Counted from the stretch's first letter, positions 26,399 through 35,669 are shown. The stretch: DNA of 39,915 bases from Candidatus Saccharimonadota bacterium (GCA_009691435.1 SICO01000001.1:1-39915), one strand, 5' to 3'. Made by a program: numbers and translations. The notes: generated from the letters alone by a model not told the origin.

Positions 26399-26842
26399 TT
26401 AAGATAGTTTCTGCTTTGCCAGCTGAGCAATCAAGCCCCCATCTGCTTGACCAGCTGTTTTTTGGCGAACATGGCCAATAACCTTACCCATATCTGCCAT
26501 TGAACTGGCGCCTAACTCCGTAATTGCTGAGTCAACTGCCTTACTAACATCTGTCTCGCTCATTTGCGCCGGTAAATACTTTTCAATAATATCTAGTTCG
26601 GCCTGCTCCTCACTCACTAAATCTTGCCTATTAGCGGCGCCAAATTGATTAATTGAATCCTGGTGTTTTTTGGCTTCTTTTTGAAGTACCGAGAGGGACT
26701 CTTGCATAGTCAAATCACGGCCTAGCTCTATTTGATAATTCTTAAGTGAGCTTTTTAAAAGCCTTAGAGTCGTGGTACGCACCTCATCGCGCAATTTCAT
26801 AGCAACGACTAAATCAGACTCTAATTGCTGAGTTAAGTCCAC
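26399..26842 (-). CDS. GatB/YqeY domain protein
   Basis: Length, its position after rpsU, and the ALKLRDE.. / ..YLP.. pattern are typical of YqeY. Confidence 0.75.
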   Translation of the reverse strand: MDLTQQLESDLVVAMKLRDEVRTTTLRLLKSSLKNYQIELGRDLTMQESLSVLQKEAKKHQDSINQFGAANRQDLVSEEQAELDIIEKYLPAQMSETDVSKAVDSAITELGASSMADMGKVIGHVRQKTAGQADGGLIAQLAKQKLS

Positions 26843-27051
26843 TATCCCATTCCGATTAGTTCGCGTATTTTCTGTTCCTTGCGAACTCTTTTGCGGATAG
26901 CAACGGCTCTAGCTTCAGCCTTCGAAATCGGCTTCTGAAAATACTTTTTCTGACGGGCAGTAGTTAATATACCTGATTGTATGACTTTTTTATTAAAGCG
27001 TCTAACCAAGTTTTCGACTGATTCATCGTCTTTTCTGATAACCTGTAGCAA
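26842..27051 (-). CDS. rpsU: 30S ribosomal protein S21 (TTG start)
   Basis: Contains VENLVRRFNKKVIQSGIL...KKYFQKPS-like sequence. The SD AAAGGAG lies upstream. Confidence 0.85.
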   Translation of the reverse strand: MLQVIRKDDESVENLVRRFNKKVIQSGILTTARQKKYFQKPISKAEARAVAIRKRVRKEQKIRELIGMG

Positions 27052-27119
27052 CTGGCACTCCTTTAGGATTATTAAAATATTTTAAATCCGTGTAATTATA
27101 TCTGAAAATGCTAAAAAAC

Positions 27120-28388
27120 TCAAGGGCTAAGCAGTGCCTTGAGAGTAGCAATAAGTTTATCCCTGCTGATAACCTGCTGATTCCCGCTCGCCAAGTCTTT
27201 AATGATGACCTCGTTTAATTTTGCCTCCCTGTTGCCAATTACAATGGCGTGCTTAGCCTTAGATTTACTGGCTAGCGCCAACTGATCCCCGAGAGACTTC
27301 TTAGATAGATTGGCCCTAACTCGAAAGCCTTCATTGAGTAAATATTCACGCACTACTTCTGCCTCATTGGTTGCCTGCCCACCAATGGCTACCACGAATA
27401 CATCTGGCGGGGTAGCGTCTGGGACAAACTTTAAATGCTCCAATTCTAGCTTAATTCTCTCAACGCCTAGCCCCATACCAACGGCCGGAGTATCAGCCCC
27501 ACCCATTTGCTGGACAAGCTTATCGTATCGCCCGCCACCGCCGAGGCTATCCCTTGCTGTCCCGCTGGTTGATAAAAACTCAAAAACCGTACCATTATAA
27601 TAATCAAGCCCTCTAACTAGCCTACTATTGAGCTGATAAGCTACGCCGCAGCGCTCTAGCAATTCTAAAATCTGCTGAAACCTTGCAGAGGATTCCTTAC
27701 CTAAGTAATCTAAAATCTGTGGAGAATCTTCAATCAGCTGAACGACATTAGGGTCCTTGCTATCTAGGATACGGAGTGGATTAGTCTCTAGCTGTTTTTT
27801 GTTAATATCAGGTAAATCTGCCGAGTACTTGGTAAAATATTTTTTCAAAACCTCAATGTATTTTTTGCGGTCTTCAGCCGAGCCAATACAATTAATAGAT
27901 AGTAGATAGCCAATTCCTAGCTTGTTAAAGAGTCTAGCCCCAAGATTTATGACCTGTACATCACTATTAGGTGTAGGGTCGCCAAAAATTTCTAAGCCCA
28001 GCTGGTTGTGCTGTCTGTAGCGCCCCGATTGAGGTCTTTCATACCTAAAATTTGGCTCAAGGTAATATAGTAGCACTGGCTTAGGCAAGCTATTCATACC
28101 GTTCTCGATATAAGACCTAGCCACTCCTGCCGTACTCTCTGGTTTCAATGTCAGGCTATTACCAGATTTATCATCAAAGCTATACATCTCCTTACTAACA
28201 ACCTCGGTGCCTTCCCCGACAGCTCTAGTAAATAAAGCCGTTGACTCCAAAATCGGCGTCGAGATTCTCTCTATACCAGCAGATTCGCAAAGACCGATAT
28301 AGGTTTCAGTTATATGAGCCCAGAGTACTTGATCGCTAGGCAATATATCCTGCATGCCTCTAGGTTTTTGATATTCTATTTGTCCCAT
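27120..28388 (-). CDS. hisS: Histidyl-tRNA synthetase
   Basis: Begins PRGMQDILP, with class II motifs (YERPQ.GRYRQH, GGGRYD) and a C-terminal anticodon-binding domain. Confidence 0.95.
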   Translation of the reverse strand: MGQIEYQKPRGMQDILPSDQVLWAHITETYIGLCESAGIERISTPILESTALFTRAVGEGTEVVSKEMYSFDDKSGNSLTLKPESTAGVARSYIENGMNSLPKPVLLYYLEPNFRYERPQSGRYRQHNQLGLEIFGDPTPNSDVQVINLGARLFNKLGIGYLLSINCIGSAEDRKKYIEVLKKYFTKYSADLPDINKKQLETNPLRILDSKDPNVVQLIEDSPQILDYLGKESSARFQQILELLERCGVAYQLNSRLVRGLDYYNGTVFEFLSTSGTARDSLGGGGRYDKLVQQMGGADTPAVGMGLGVERIKLELEHLKFVPDATPPDVFVVAIGGQATNEAEVVREYLLNEGFRVRANLSKKSLGDQLALASKSKAKHAIVIGNREAKLNEVIIKDLASGNQQVISRDKLIATLKALLSP

Positions 28389-28394
28389 ATATAC

Positions 28395-28423
28395 ATTTTA
28401 GCTACAAATTAATATTTCAACAA
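28395..28423 (-). promoter_or_regulatory. Putative promoter TTGTTG-17-TAAAAT (minus strand) ending 6 nt before the hisS ATG
   Basis: Hexamers were counted directly and there is no SD. Confidence 0.4.
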
Positions 28424-28608
28424 ACCCTAACTAATGAATAAATTATTTAATTAAGGATTATAAGGTTTAAATATTACCCTTCAGATATAGTATTGATTTA
28501 CGATACTGGTAGCGAGTTTACTATCTATACTATGATACTTATGTACTAGATAGTACTAGCTATAATTAGAGTGCAAATACTATACGAAACTCAGCACTTA
28601 GAACAACT

Positions 28609-30288
28609 TTAGTGTTCATATGGCCTAATATCAATTATCTCTAATTGGTGCTGTCTTTTGTTTTGCCAGATATTTTCGCTCAGCTCAAAGACTAGTTCAA
28701 TGGTCTTGCTATTTTCTAGCCACCGGTAAGAGCTGGCCATACCAAACCCAATCGCTGTATGCTGGTTGCCATTAGTATCAACTAACTGCAAGCGTAGATG
28801 CGAAGAATCATCCCCGACTAGCCTAATTTGCACAATTTCGTATCGGCCCATCAAATACGGTCTTTTATTGGCATTCCCAAATGGCGCTAACTGAGTAATC
28901 TCATCATATAGTTTGATATTGGCACTTTGACTAGATAAATTAACTCCAACCGTGAGAGTCCTAAAGTTATTCTTAACGTCCATATTAGCAGCGGCATACT
29001 GATTTATTCTATAGCGTAACTCTGTTAGCCGATCTGTCTTTAGCTTTAGGCCAGCCGCAAAGCTATGCCCACCGCAACTCTCTAGAAAATCCTCACAGCT
29101 CCTGATGGCCTTAATAATATCAAATGTCCCGTAACTTCTCGCTGAGCCCTTAGATACTTCTCCTAGTTCCTGCAAAATAATTGTTGGCTTATGCCATTTT
29201 TCAGATATTTTGCTTGCTACAATGCCGACTACACCATGTGACCACTCGGGGTCTGATAGCACCAATATCGGATCTCTCTTATAGCGGCTGGCTTGCTTGC
29301 TGCAAGCCGCCAATATCTCTTTAGTAGCTTGTTGTCTTTTGTAATTAAGCTCGCCGAGTTCTAGGGCAATTGCCTCTGCTGCTTGAGGGTCCTTAGTAAT
29401 TAATAAATCTAAAGCTTTTTGAGCGTGCGCTAAACGCCCGGCAGCATTGAGCCTTGGTCCTATTTTGAAACCTAAATCAATTTCATTGGCGATTTTTATA
29501 TCAACCATAGAGCTCTTAGCCAGTGCCAGCAAGCCTTGCCTATGAGTCATTTTGAGTACTCTCAACCCATAGCTAGCTAAAATTCTATTATCACCGACTA
29601 GTGGTACGACATCGCAAATTGTCCCTAGCGCTACCAAATCTAGTAGCCATTTCTCATGGCCAGGTTTTAATAAATCAGTTTTCGTTTGCAACGCTCGCAC
29701 GAGGTAGAATGCTACTCCGACGCCAGCTAGATACTCAAGTTTATTTTTTTTATCTAACTTCGGGTTGACGCAGGCAATAGCCCCTTTGGGGATACCGCCA
29801 TCTGGTTCATGGTGGTCGGTGATAATTAAATCAATACCTATTTTCTGAGCTACCTTTGCCTGCTCATGAGCTGTTGTGCCACAATCAACCGTAATTATTA
29901 GGTCGTTTTTTTGCTTCTTTAGTTTTTTAATAGCCTCTGAGTTAAGCCCATAGCCTTCCTCGAACCTATCTGGGATATAGAGCCCGACCTCTACCCCCAT
30001 TGTAGTTAATGCATCATACAAAAGAGCCGAAGCACTTAAGCCATCGATATCGTAATCGCCATAAATAACTATCTTTTCTTTGGCTTTAATGGCGCGCAGT
30101 ATTCGACGGACTGCTTTATCCATACCAGGCAAAGCAAAAGGGTCAGATAGTCCATTATTATAATCAGGCTCCAAAAAGTTCTGGGCTTGGTCTCGGCTTA
30201 ATCCTCTATGAGCTAGAAGTTTATTAGGAACATCAATATCGCTGTCTATCTCAAAGGCCTTAGAATAATCCCAAATAATTTTTTGCAT
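28609..30288 (-). CDS. recJ: Single-stranded-DNA-specific exonuclease RecJ
   Basis: DHH motifs (YGDYDIDG, ITVDCG, ITDHH), a DHHA1 region (GGHSFAAG) and a C-terminal OB-like domain. Confidence 0.9.
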   Translation of the reverse strand: MQKIIWDYSKAFEIDSDIDVPNKLLAHRGLSRDQAQNFLEPDYNNGLSDPFALPGMDKAVRRILRAIKAKEKIVIYGDYDIDGLSASALLYDALTTMGVEVGLYIPDRFEEGYGLNSEAIKKLKKQKNDLIITVDCGTTAHEQAKVAQKIGIDLIITDHHEPDGGIPKGAIACVNPKLDKKNKLEYLAGVGVAFYLVRALQTKTDLLKPGHEKWLLDLVALGTICDVVPLVGDNRILASYGLRVLKMTHRQGLLALAKSSMVDIKIANEIDLGFKIGPRLNAAGRLAHAQKALDLLITKDPQAAEAIALELGELNYKRQQATKEILAACSKQASRYKRDPILVLSDPEWSHGVVGIVASKISEKWHKPTIILQELGEVSKGSARSYGTFDIIKAIRSCEDFLESCGGHSFAAGLKLKTDRLTELRYRINQYAAANMDVKNNFRTLTVGVNLSSQSANIKLYDEITQLAPFGNANKRPYLMGRYEIVQIRLVGDDSSHLRLQLVDTNGNQHTAIGFGMASSYRWLENSKTIELVFELSENIWQNKRQHQLEIIDIRPYEH

Positions 30289-30351
30289 AAATCTAGTCTA
30301 AACTAAAAACTACTAAAAAATAATAAATGCTAGTCTAATTTATTGTAAGAA

Positions 30352-30376
30352 AAAATCTGAACCTGTTCTAGATTTA
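30352..30376 (-). terminator. Weak AT-rich hairpin plus U-run, possibly the terminator for the wHTH transcript
   Basis: The minus strand reads AAAUCUAGAAC-AGG-UUCAGAUUUUUU. The stem is imperfect and low in GC. Confidence 0.3.
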
Positions 30377-30554
30377 AATCCAGCGGGGGTGATGGCGGCA
30401 TATCTCTGGCGATCATTGTGCAAGTGGCGTTGTGTTTCGGCGAGCTTAGATTGCTTGCCAAACACAAACTCTGAGCAGCGAATAGTTCTAATGATTGTAT
30501 GTATTTGTTTTATTTTGACCTGACTTTTTGTTTTTTAATAATATAACTACATTA

Positions 30555-30824
30555 CTACCTCTTATTGGATGTTTTGAGTACCATCCCCTGTAATTCCTTA
30601 AATAGTATGAAGTTCTGATTAACACCATAGACCTTGGTATTTGCCTCTTTATAGGCCTTGAGATAGCCAATTTTCTCTAACCTTGCCAGTTCCCTGCTAA
30701 TATTACCCGGATCTTCTTTAGTAATTTTGGCTAAACCTCTAATATGCACCCTATAGTCAGGGTACTTACTAAATAGGGTGATTATTTTGCGTCTTGTCTT
30801 AGAAGTAATAAAATACTGTAACAT
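30555..30824 (-). CDS. Small winged-helix (ArsR/PadR-like) transcriptional regulator
   Basis: 89 aa. RGLAKITKEDPGNISRELARLEKIGYL resembles an HTH recognition helix plus wing. The SD AAGAGG lies upstream. Confidence 0.55.
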   Translation of the reverse strand: MLQYFITSKTRRKIITLFSKYPDYRVHIRGLAKITKEDPGNISRELARLEKIGYLKAYKEANTKVYGVNQNFILFKELQGMVLKTSNKR

Positions 30825-30931
30825 TTGTTTTGACCTCTTATTAATAATATTTTACTCCGTAAAAGTAAAAAAGACAACACTTTTTCAAGCATAACTTTTG
30901 TGGTAAAATTAAACATGAGTAAAATCAATAT

Positions 30932-31447
30932 ATGGATAGATACTGCCCAGAATGTAATTCAACTATGACACCAAGTTTGGTGGGCTATCTGTGCTCAAAT
31001 TGTGGGAATATGCAAAGATTTTATACTGAATCTAATCCGCTATTCATAAGTCATACCGAGATGCCCATGCCTACTGCTAACCCCAGCCCCCAACAGCCCC
31101 CTACTGCGCTTGATAGTGTTGGTAGCAATAAAATACGCTCAACCTTAAAAAGACTAATGGTACCAGAGCTTCCTCCTCCGCACGGCTACGATTCAACAGC
31201 GACAGTTGATGGCATTAGTAGCCCCCAGCCGAGTAGTCCCCAGCCGAGTAGTCCTCTGCCGAGTAGCCCTCTATCAACATATGACCATCAGCCTATCCCG
31301 CCATCAGAAGTATTTACCAATAAGCAGCCCGCACCAGTCGCGCAGCGCGATACCGAACTCGACCTATGGCTATGGATTTGCATTACATTGGTCGTACTAT
31401 CGGCTGGGACTTTGATATTTTATTTCGCCCTAGGCTACCTAGCCTAA
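30932..31447 (+). CDS. Zinc-ribbon protein with a Pro/Ser-rich repeat linker and a C-terminal TM anchor
   Basis: N-terminal CPECNS...CSNCG, the linker SSPQPSSPQPSSPLPSSPLS, and a C-terminal hydrophobic segment LWLWICITLVVLSAGTLIFYFALGYL. Confidence 0.6.
   Translation: MDRYCPECNSTMTPSLVGYLCSNCGNMQRFYTESNPLFISHTEMPMPTANPSPQQPPTALDSVGSNKIRSTLKRLMVPELPPPHGYDSTATVDGISSPQPSSPQPSSPLPSSPLSTYDHQPIPPSEVFTNKQPAPVAQRDTELDLWLWICITLVVLSAGTLIFYFALGYLA
31217..31276 (+). repeat. Tandem 15-bp repeat, about 4 copies (AGTAGYCCYCWGCCG), in frame and encoding SSPQP/SSPLP
   Basis: Copies read directly at 31217, 31232, 31247 and 31262 (the last is degenerate). Confidence 0.8.
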
Positions 31448-31462
31448 CGACTTAAGTTTCTG

Positions 31463-32374
31463 CTACCTCTTAGCTTTAGTTTTTTTAATTTTCCAATTAT
31501 TATAAACTACTAGTAATGGTGAGGCATTAAAGATTGATGAGTATGTGCCTGAAATTATCCCGATTAGTAGTGCTAAGATAAAGTATTTAATAGACTCTCC
31601 GCCGAATAGATAAAAAGCTAGCAGCACAATAACTACCGTAATGGATGTATTAAGAGATCTGGCTAGAGTTTCGTTAATAGAAATATTGACAACTTCCTCG
31701 AATGGCCTGTTAAGGCGCCGAAGGTTCTCGCGAATTCTATCATAAACTACTATGGTATCATGCACTGAGAAACCAATAACTGTTAATATCGCCGTTACAA
31801 ACAGGCTATCTATCTGCACCCCAAAGAAATGCCCAAGAATTGCAAAAATACCTAACACGAATAGAGCATCGTGCAGTAAGGCGATAATTGCTGTTACACC
31901 AAAACTCCAGGGGCTAACTGGCGGTGGAGTATTGCGGAAAGCGAATGCAACATATAAAAGTATTGCAATCGATGCCAATGCTACGCCGAATAAAGCACGC
32001 CTTGTGATATCCTCACTAACTGATGGCCCGATAGAGCTGAAGGAAGTTTCGGCTAAGCCCTTTTGTTTTAGGAGCACATTAATATTTTGCCGGATTTGCT
32101 GTGCATCGCCTAGTTCTGACGCCAAGCCTTTATCGCTATAGCGAACCAAAAGCCTATCGCTCCCACTGGTAGTAACAGTTATCTCTTTGACGCCAATTTG
32201 CGCAACAATATCATGAAGCTCGCTCTGGGTTATCTGCCCGGCTACCTCTATCTCCTGCCCTCCTGTAAAATCAATCCCCGGTTTGAGCCCCCAGACAAAT
32301 AATGCTATCGTACCAGGCACGATTAGTAGTATAGAAATTGTAAACCATAGCTTGCGCTTGCCTACGATATTCAT
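31463..32374 (-). CDS. secF: Protein translocase subunit SecF
   Basis: Six-TM topology with GIDFTGG in the periplasmic loop. It follows secD with a 4-nt overlap. Confidence 0.9.
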   Translation of the reverse strand: MNIVGKRKLWFTISILLIVPGTIALFVWGLKPGIDFTGGQEIEVAGQITQSELHDIVAQIGVKEITVTTSGSDRLLVRYSDKGLASELGDAQQIRQNINVLLKQKGLAETSFSSIGPSVSEDITRRALFGVALASIAILLYVAFAFRNTPPPVSPWSFGVTAIIALLHDALFVLGIFAILGHFFGVQIDSLFVTAILTVIGFSVHDTIVVYDRIRENLRRLNRPFEEVVNISINETLARSLNTSITVVIVLLAFYLFGGESIKYFILALLIGIISGTYSSIFNASPLLVVYNNWKIKKTKAKR

Positions 32375-33678
32375 TGGTTAGTCTCGCTTTCCATCTTAAT
32401 ACGGTAAGAGCTAGGCTTAGAACCAATTTTAGTCCGCACCACAGCTTGCATTAATGTCCTGGAAATTGTAATAGCGGTAAACATACTCACGATTACACCA
32501 ATTGCCAGAGTTACCGCAAACCCCCTAATAATTGGGATGCCAGAAATATAAAGTATCGTACAGGTTATTAGCGTTGAGACATTAGAGTCCCTAATACTCG
32601 TCCAGGCTCGCTTAAAACCGGTGTCCATACCTACTGCCACTGAGCTACCGGCTCGAATCTCTTCCTTCATACGCTCAAAAATCAAGATATTAGCATCTAC
32701 GGCCATGCCAATGCTCAGTACAAAGCCAGCGATGCCGGCAAGAGTTAGTACGATGGGCGACTGAGTTAGCCCAGATAGCTTAAAAATGTCAATCGTGATC
32801 AATGAATATATGACTAGAGCGCCAGCTGCTACTAAGCCAGCCAAACGATAATAAATAATCATGAATACCAAGACTGCTACTAAGCCAACTAAGCCAGCAA
32901 ACAGGCTGCGCTGAATAGATTCGGCGCCTAAGGTAGCACCAACTGTCCTTTGCTCTACCAAGCTAACTGGCACTGGTAGAGCGCCGGCATTGAGTAAATC
33001 TGCTGTAGCTTTGGCATCCTTGAGACCCTTAAAGCCTGTCATCTCCCCTTTACCGTCGGTGATTGGGGTTGAGACTGTACCATTAAATAATGGCTCGTTA
33101 TCTAAAATAATTACTAGCCGTTCATTCTTCTGATTAATCCTTTTAGTTAAGTCGGCAAATTTTTGTATCGAGCCACCTTTCATTTGGAAGACTACAATCG
33201 GCTGACCAGTTTCAGCATTCATATCAGAAGTAGCGTTTTCTAAATCTTCGCCGTTAATATCGGTGGCCGCTGGGATATTATCTGCACCGACCGACAAAAA
33301 TGTTAATTGAGCAGTCTTGCCAATTAACCCTACAGCTTGGTCAATATCATTAACACCAGGAAGCTGGATGCTGATCCTATCGTTACCCGATGTCTGAACT
33401 ACAACTTCAGATGTACCGCTAGGGTTAACACGCTTGTTAATAACATTAATAACTCCTTGGATAGCCTTGGCACGATCCTCTGCGGCGGTTTTTGAAAGGT
33501 CTGCTTGGTAGGTTAAGCTGGCGCCGCCTTGCAAATCCAGCCCCAACCTTACATTCATTTTTGCATCACCAATACCTAGTAGAGAGAAAAGCTTGTCCTC
33601 TCTGGGTAGTGCCAAGAGCACCAGAACTACAGCCAATGCAGCTATTAAGTAGAGTTTCGTTGATAGTTTCATTAACAC
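32371..33678 (-). CDS. secD: Protein translocase subunit SecD
   Basis: LGLDLQGG motif, a large extracytoplasmic loop and a C-terminal RND-like TM bundle (GMAVDANILIFERMKEE). Confidence 0.9.
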   Translation of the reverse strand: MLMKLSTKLYLIAALAVVLVLLALPREDKLFSLLGIGDAKMNVRLGLDLQGGASLTYQADLSKTAAEDRAKAIQGVINVINKRVNPSGTSEVVVQTSGNDRISIQLPGVNDIDQAVGLIGKTAQLTFLSVGADNIPAATDINGEDLENATSDMNAETGQPIVVFQMKGGSIQKFADLTKRINQKNERLVIILDNEPLFNGTVSTPITDGKGEMTGFKGLKDAKATADLLNAGALPVPVSLVEQRTVGATLGAESIQRSLFAGLVGLVAVLVFMIIYYRLAGLVAAGALVIYSLITIDIFKLSGLTQSPIVLTLAGIAGFVLSIGMAVDANILIFERMKEEIRAGSSVAVGMDTGFKRAWTSIRDSNVSTLITCTILYISGIPIIRGFAVTLAIGVIVSMFTAITISRTLMQAVVRTKIGSKPSSYRIKMESETNQ

Positions 33679-33743
33679 CTATTATATGTAGATTACAGAC
33701 ATTGTACAAGCAATTATATTTGGGCTAGGGTACAATACATACT

Positions 33744-35669
33744 ATGTATGCCGAGGTAAATGTTATAGCGTATAGGGGTGCCAGCAGGCGAACATTCACC
33801 TATTTAATTGGTGAGTCAGTGGATGTGCACATTGGGAGCCTTGTAGAAATTAAATTTGGCGACAAAACTAGCATTGGTATCGTCCATAGGATTACTAATC
33901 TGCCACCTCCTAAAAATATTAAATTACAAAATATTAAAAGCGTCTTAGGTATTAATCCCTTACCAAAACACCTGCTCGCACTCGGCGAGTGGATAATTGA
34001 TTATTATGTTGCTACGCCTGCTAGTGTTTGGCAATTAATGATACCCAAGAACCCTACCACCAAACCGAGTAAACAATTTGCTAACCTCAGCCATGAGATT
34101 AAAGATCTAGTTAGACTAACCCCTGCTCAATCTAAGGCCTACTCTAAAATATTAAATTCTACTAAGCCTGTGCTGCTACAAGGCGCAATGGGTTCGGGCA
34201 AGACGGAAATATATTTTCATCTTATTGATACAATGCTACGAGTCGGCAAATCGGCAATTCTACTAATGCCAGAGATATTTTTAACGAACCAAATGATAGA
34301 GCGCACCCAGCGGCATTTTGCCGACAAGCTAGTCGTTACACACTCTGGGCTGACGCCTGCCGAACGAAGAGCGGCGTGGGTTCGTTGTAGCAACAGCTCC
34401 CAATCGTCGCCACTAGTTATCTTGGGGGCCCGCTCGGCACTATTTATGCCAGTTAATAACTTGGGGGCAATCATTGTTGATGAATGCCACGAACAAAGCT
34501 ACAAACAGGACTCTAGCCCTCGTTACCAGAGCGAAATGGTGGCTGCTAAACTAGCCAAGATAACTGGGGCAAAGCTCGTGCTAGGTAGTGCTACGCCATC
34601 GATTAATACGCGTTTTTTAGCCGATGCTGGCAAGCTAGAATGTATCAAACTAGAAGAGCGTGCTATCTCCTCGGCCCACCCACATATCAAAATTATTCAA
34701 AAAAACCAGCCAGCTGAGATATTTAGCACTGAACTGACCAATGCCATCAATAACGCCCTAAAGCAACAAAAACTGACAATGCTTTACCTCAACCGCCGTG
34801 GCACTGCGCCAATTTTTACCTGTAATGATTGCGGGCATAATTTTGAATGCACAAACTGTAGGGTCAACCTCCATTTGCATGCCGACAGTATGCGGCTCAT
34901 TTGCCATATTTGCAATTACTCCCAAGCACCTCCGGGTAAATGCCCGACTTGTGACAACACGAACCTACGGGGCATAGGCATTGGTACAAAAGCAGTAGTA
35001 CAAAAAGCTAGCGAACTTTTTGAGAACGCCAGAATTGTCCGCATCGACCGCGATAGTTTTAAGCCCAAGGAATTTAATAAAATACTAAGCGAAATTGCTG
35101 GTGGCAAAGTAGATATTATTGTTGGTACTCAGATGATTGGGCGAGGTATTGATTTAGCAAATCTCCATTTGGTTGGCATCATAGATGCCGACTATGATTT
35201 GATTAATATTGATTATAACAGCCTGGAACGAGCCTTTCAGCTTTTGAGCCAGACTGCGGGGAGAGCCGGGCGACGCAAAGATCGCGGCGAGGTGATCATT
35301 CAGACCAAAAACCCTGACAACAAGTTTTTTGAGCTAATTACCAGTAACGACTACGAGAGCTTTTACCAATCCGAGTTGGCCCTGCGCAAAAAATACTCTT
35401 ACCCACCTTACTCATATCTGTTAAAATTAGAGTGTGGGTTTATTAAGCCTAATCTTGGTAAGCAAAAAGCCCTAGAACTAATCGCGAAGCTTGCCGGCGT
35501 ACGGACAATAAGTATCCTGGGGCCAGTACCAGCACACCCAGCTCTGCGAGGCCGCAGGCACATCTGGAACTTAATAATAAAAAGCCGAGACCGCAAAATA
35601 TTAGTTGATATAGCCTCGCAGCTAGAGCCATACTGGGCTATCAACCTAGACCCCTTCGGAATATCATGA
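33744..35669 (+). CDS. priA: Primosomal protein N' (replication restart helicase PriA)
   Basis: Walker A GAMGSGKTEIY, DECH box, and a Cys-rich zinc insertion (CNDCGHNFECTNC...CHICN...CPTCD). Confidence 0.9.
   Translation: MYAEVNVIAYRGASRRTFTYLIGESVDVHIGSLVEIKFGDKTSIGIVHRITNLPPPKNIKLQNIKSVLGINPLPKHLLALGEWIIDYYVATPASVWQLMIPKNPTTKPSKQFANLSHEIKDLVRLTPAQSKAYSKILNSTKPVLLQGAMGSGKTEIYFHLIDTMLRVGKSAILLMPEIFLTNQMIERTQRHFADKLVVTHSGLTPAERRAAWVRCSNSSQSSPLVILGARSALFMPVNNLGAIIVDECHEQSYKQDSSPRYQSEMVAAKLAKITGAKLVLGSATPSINTRFLADAGKLECIKLEERAISSAHPHIKIIQKNQPAEIFSTELTNAINNALKQQKLTMLYLNRRGTAPIFTCNDCGHNFECTNCRVNLHLHADSMRLICHICNYSQAPPGKCPTCDNTNLRGIGIGTKAVVQKASELFENARIVRIDRDSFKPKEFNKILSEIAGGKVDIIVGTQMIGRGIDLANLHLVGIIDADYDLINIDYNSLERAFQLLSQTAGRAGRRKDRGEVIIQTKNPDNKFFELITSNDYESFYQSELALRKKYSYPPYSYLLKLECGFIKPNLGKQKALELIAKLAGVRTISILGPVPAHPALRGRRHIWNLIIKSRDRKILVDIASQLEPYWAINLDPFGIS

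Noticed and set aside
30488-30670. A 60-aa minus-strand ORF overlapping the wHTH gene in another frame.
   Set aside because: It overlaps the better-supported 30555-30824 CDS, which has an SD and an HTH pattern. Its product is basic and low-complexity, and it has no SD.
30850-30925. GTAAAA repeats interpreted purely as operator sites for the wHTH regulator.
   Set aside because: At least three copies coincide with plausible TAAAAT -10 boxes of the two divergent promoters. The operator reading is therefore kept only as a low-confidence alternative within the finding.
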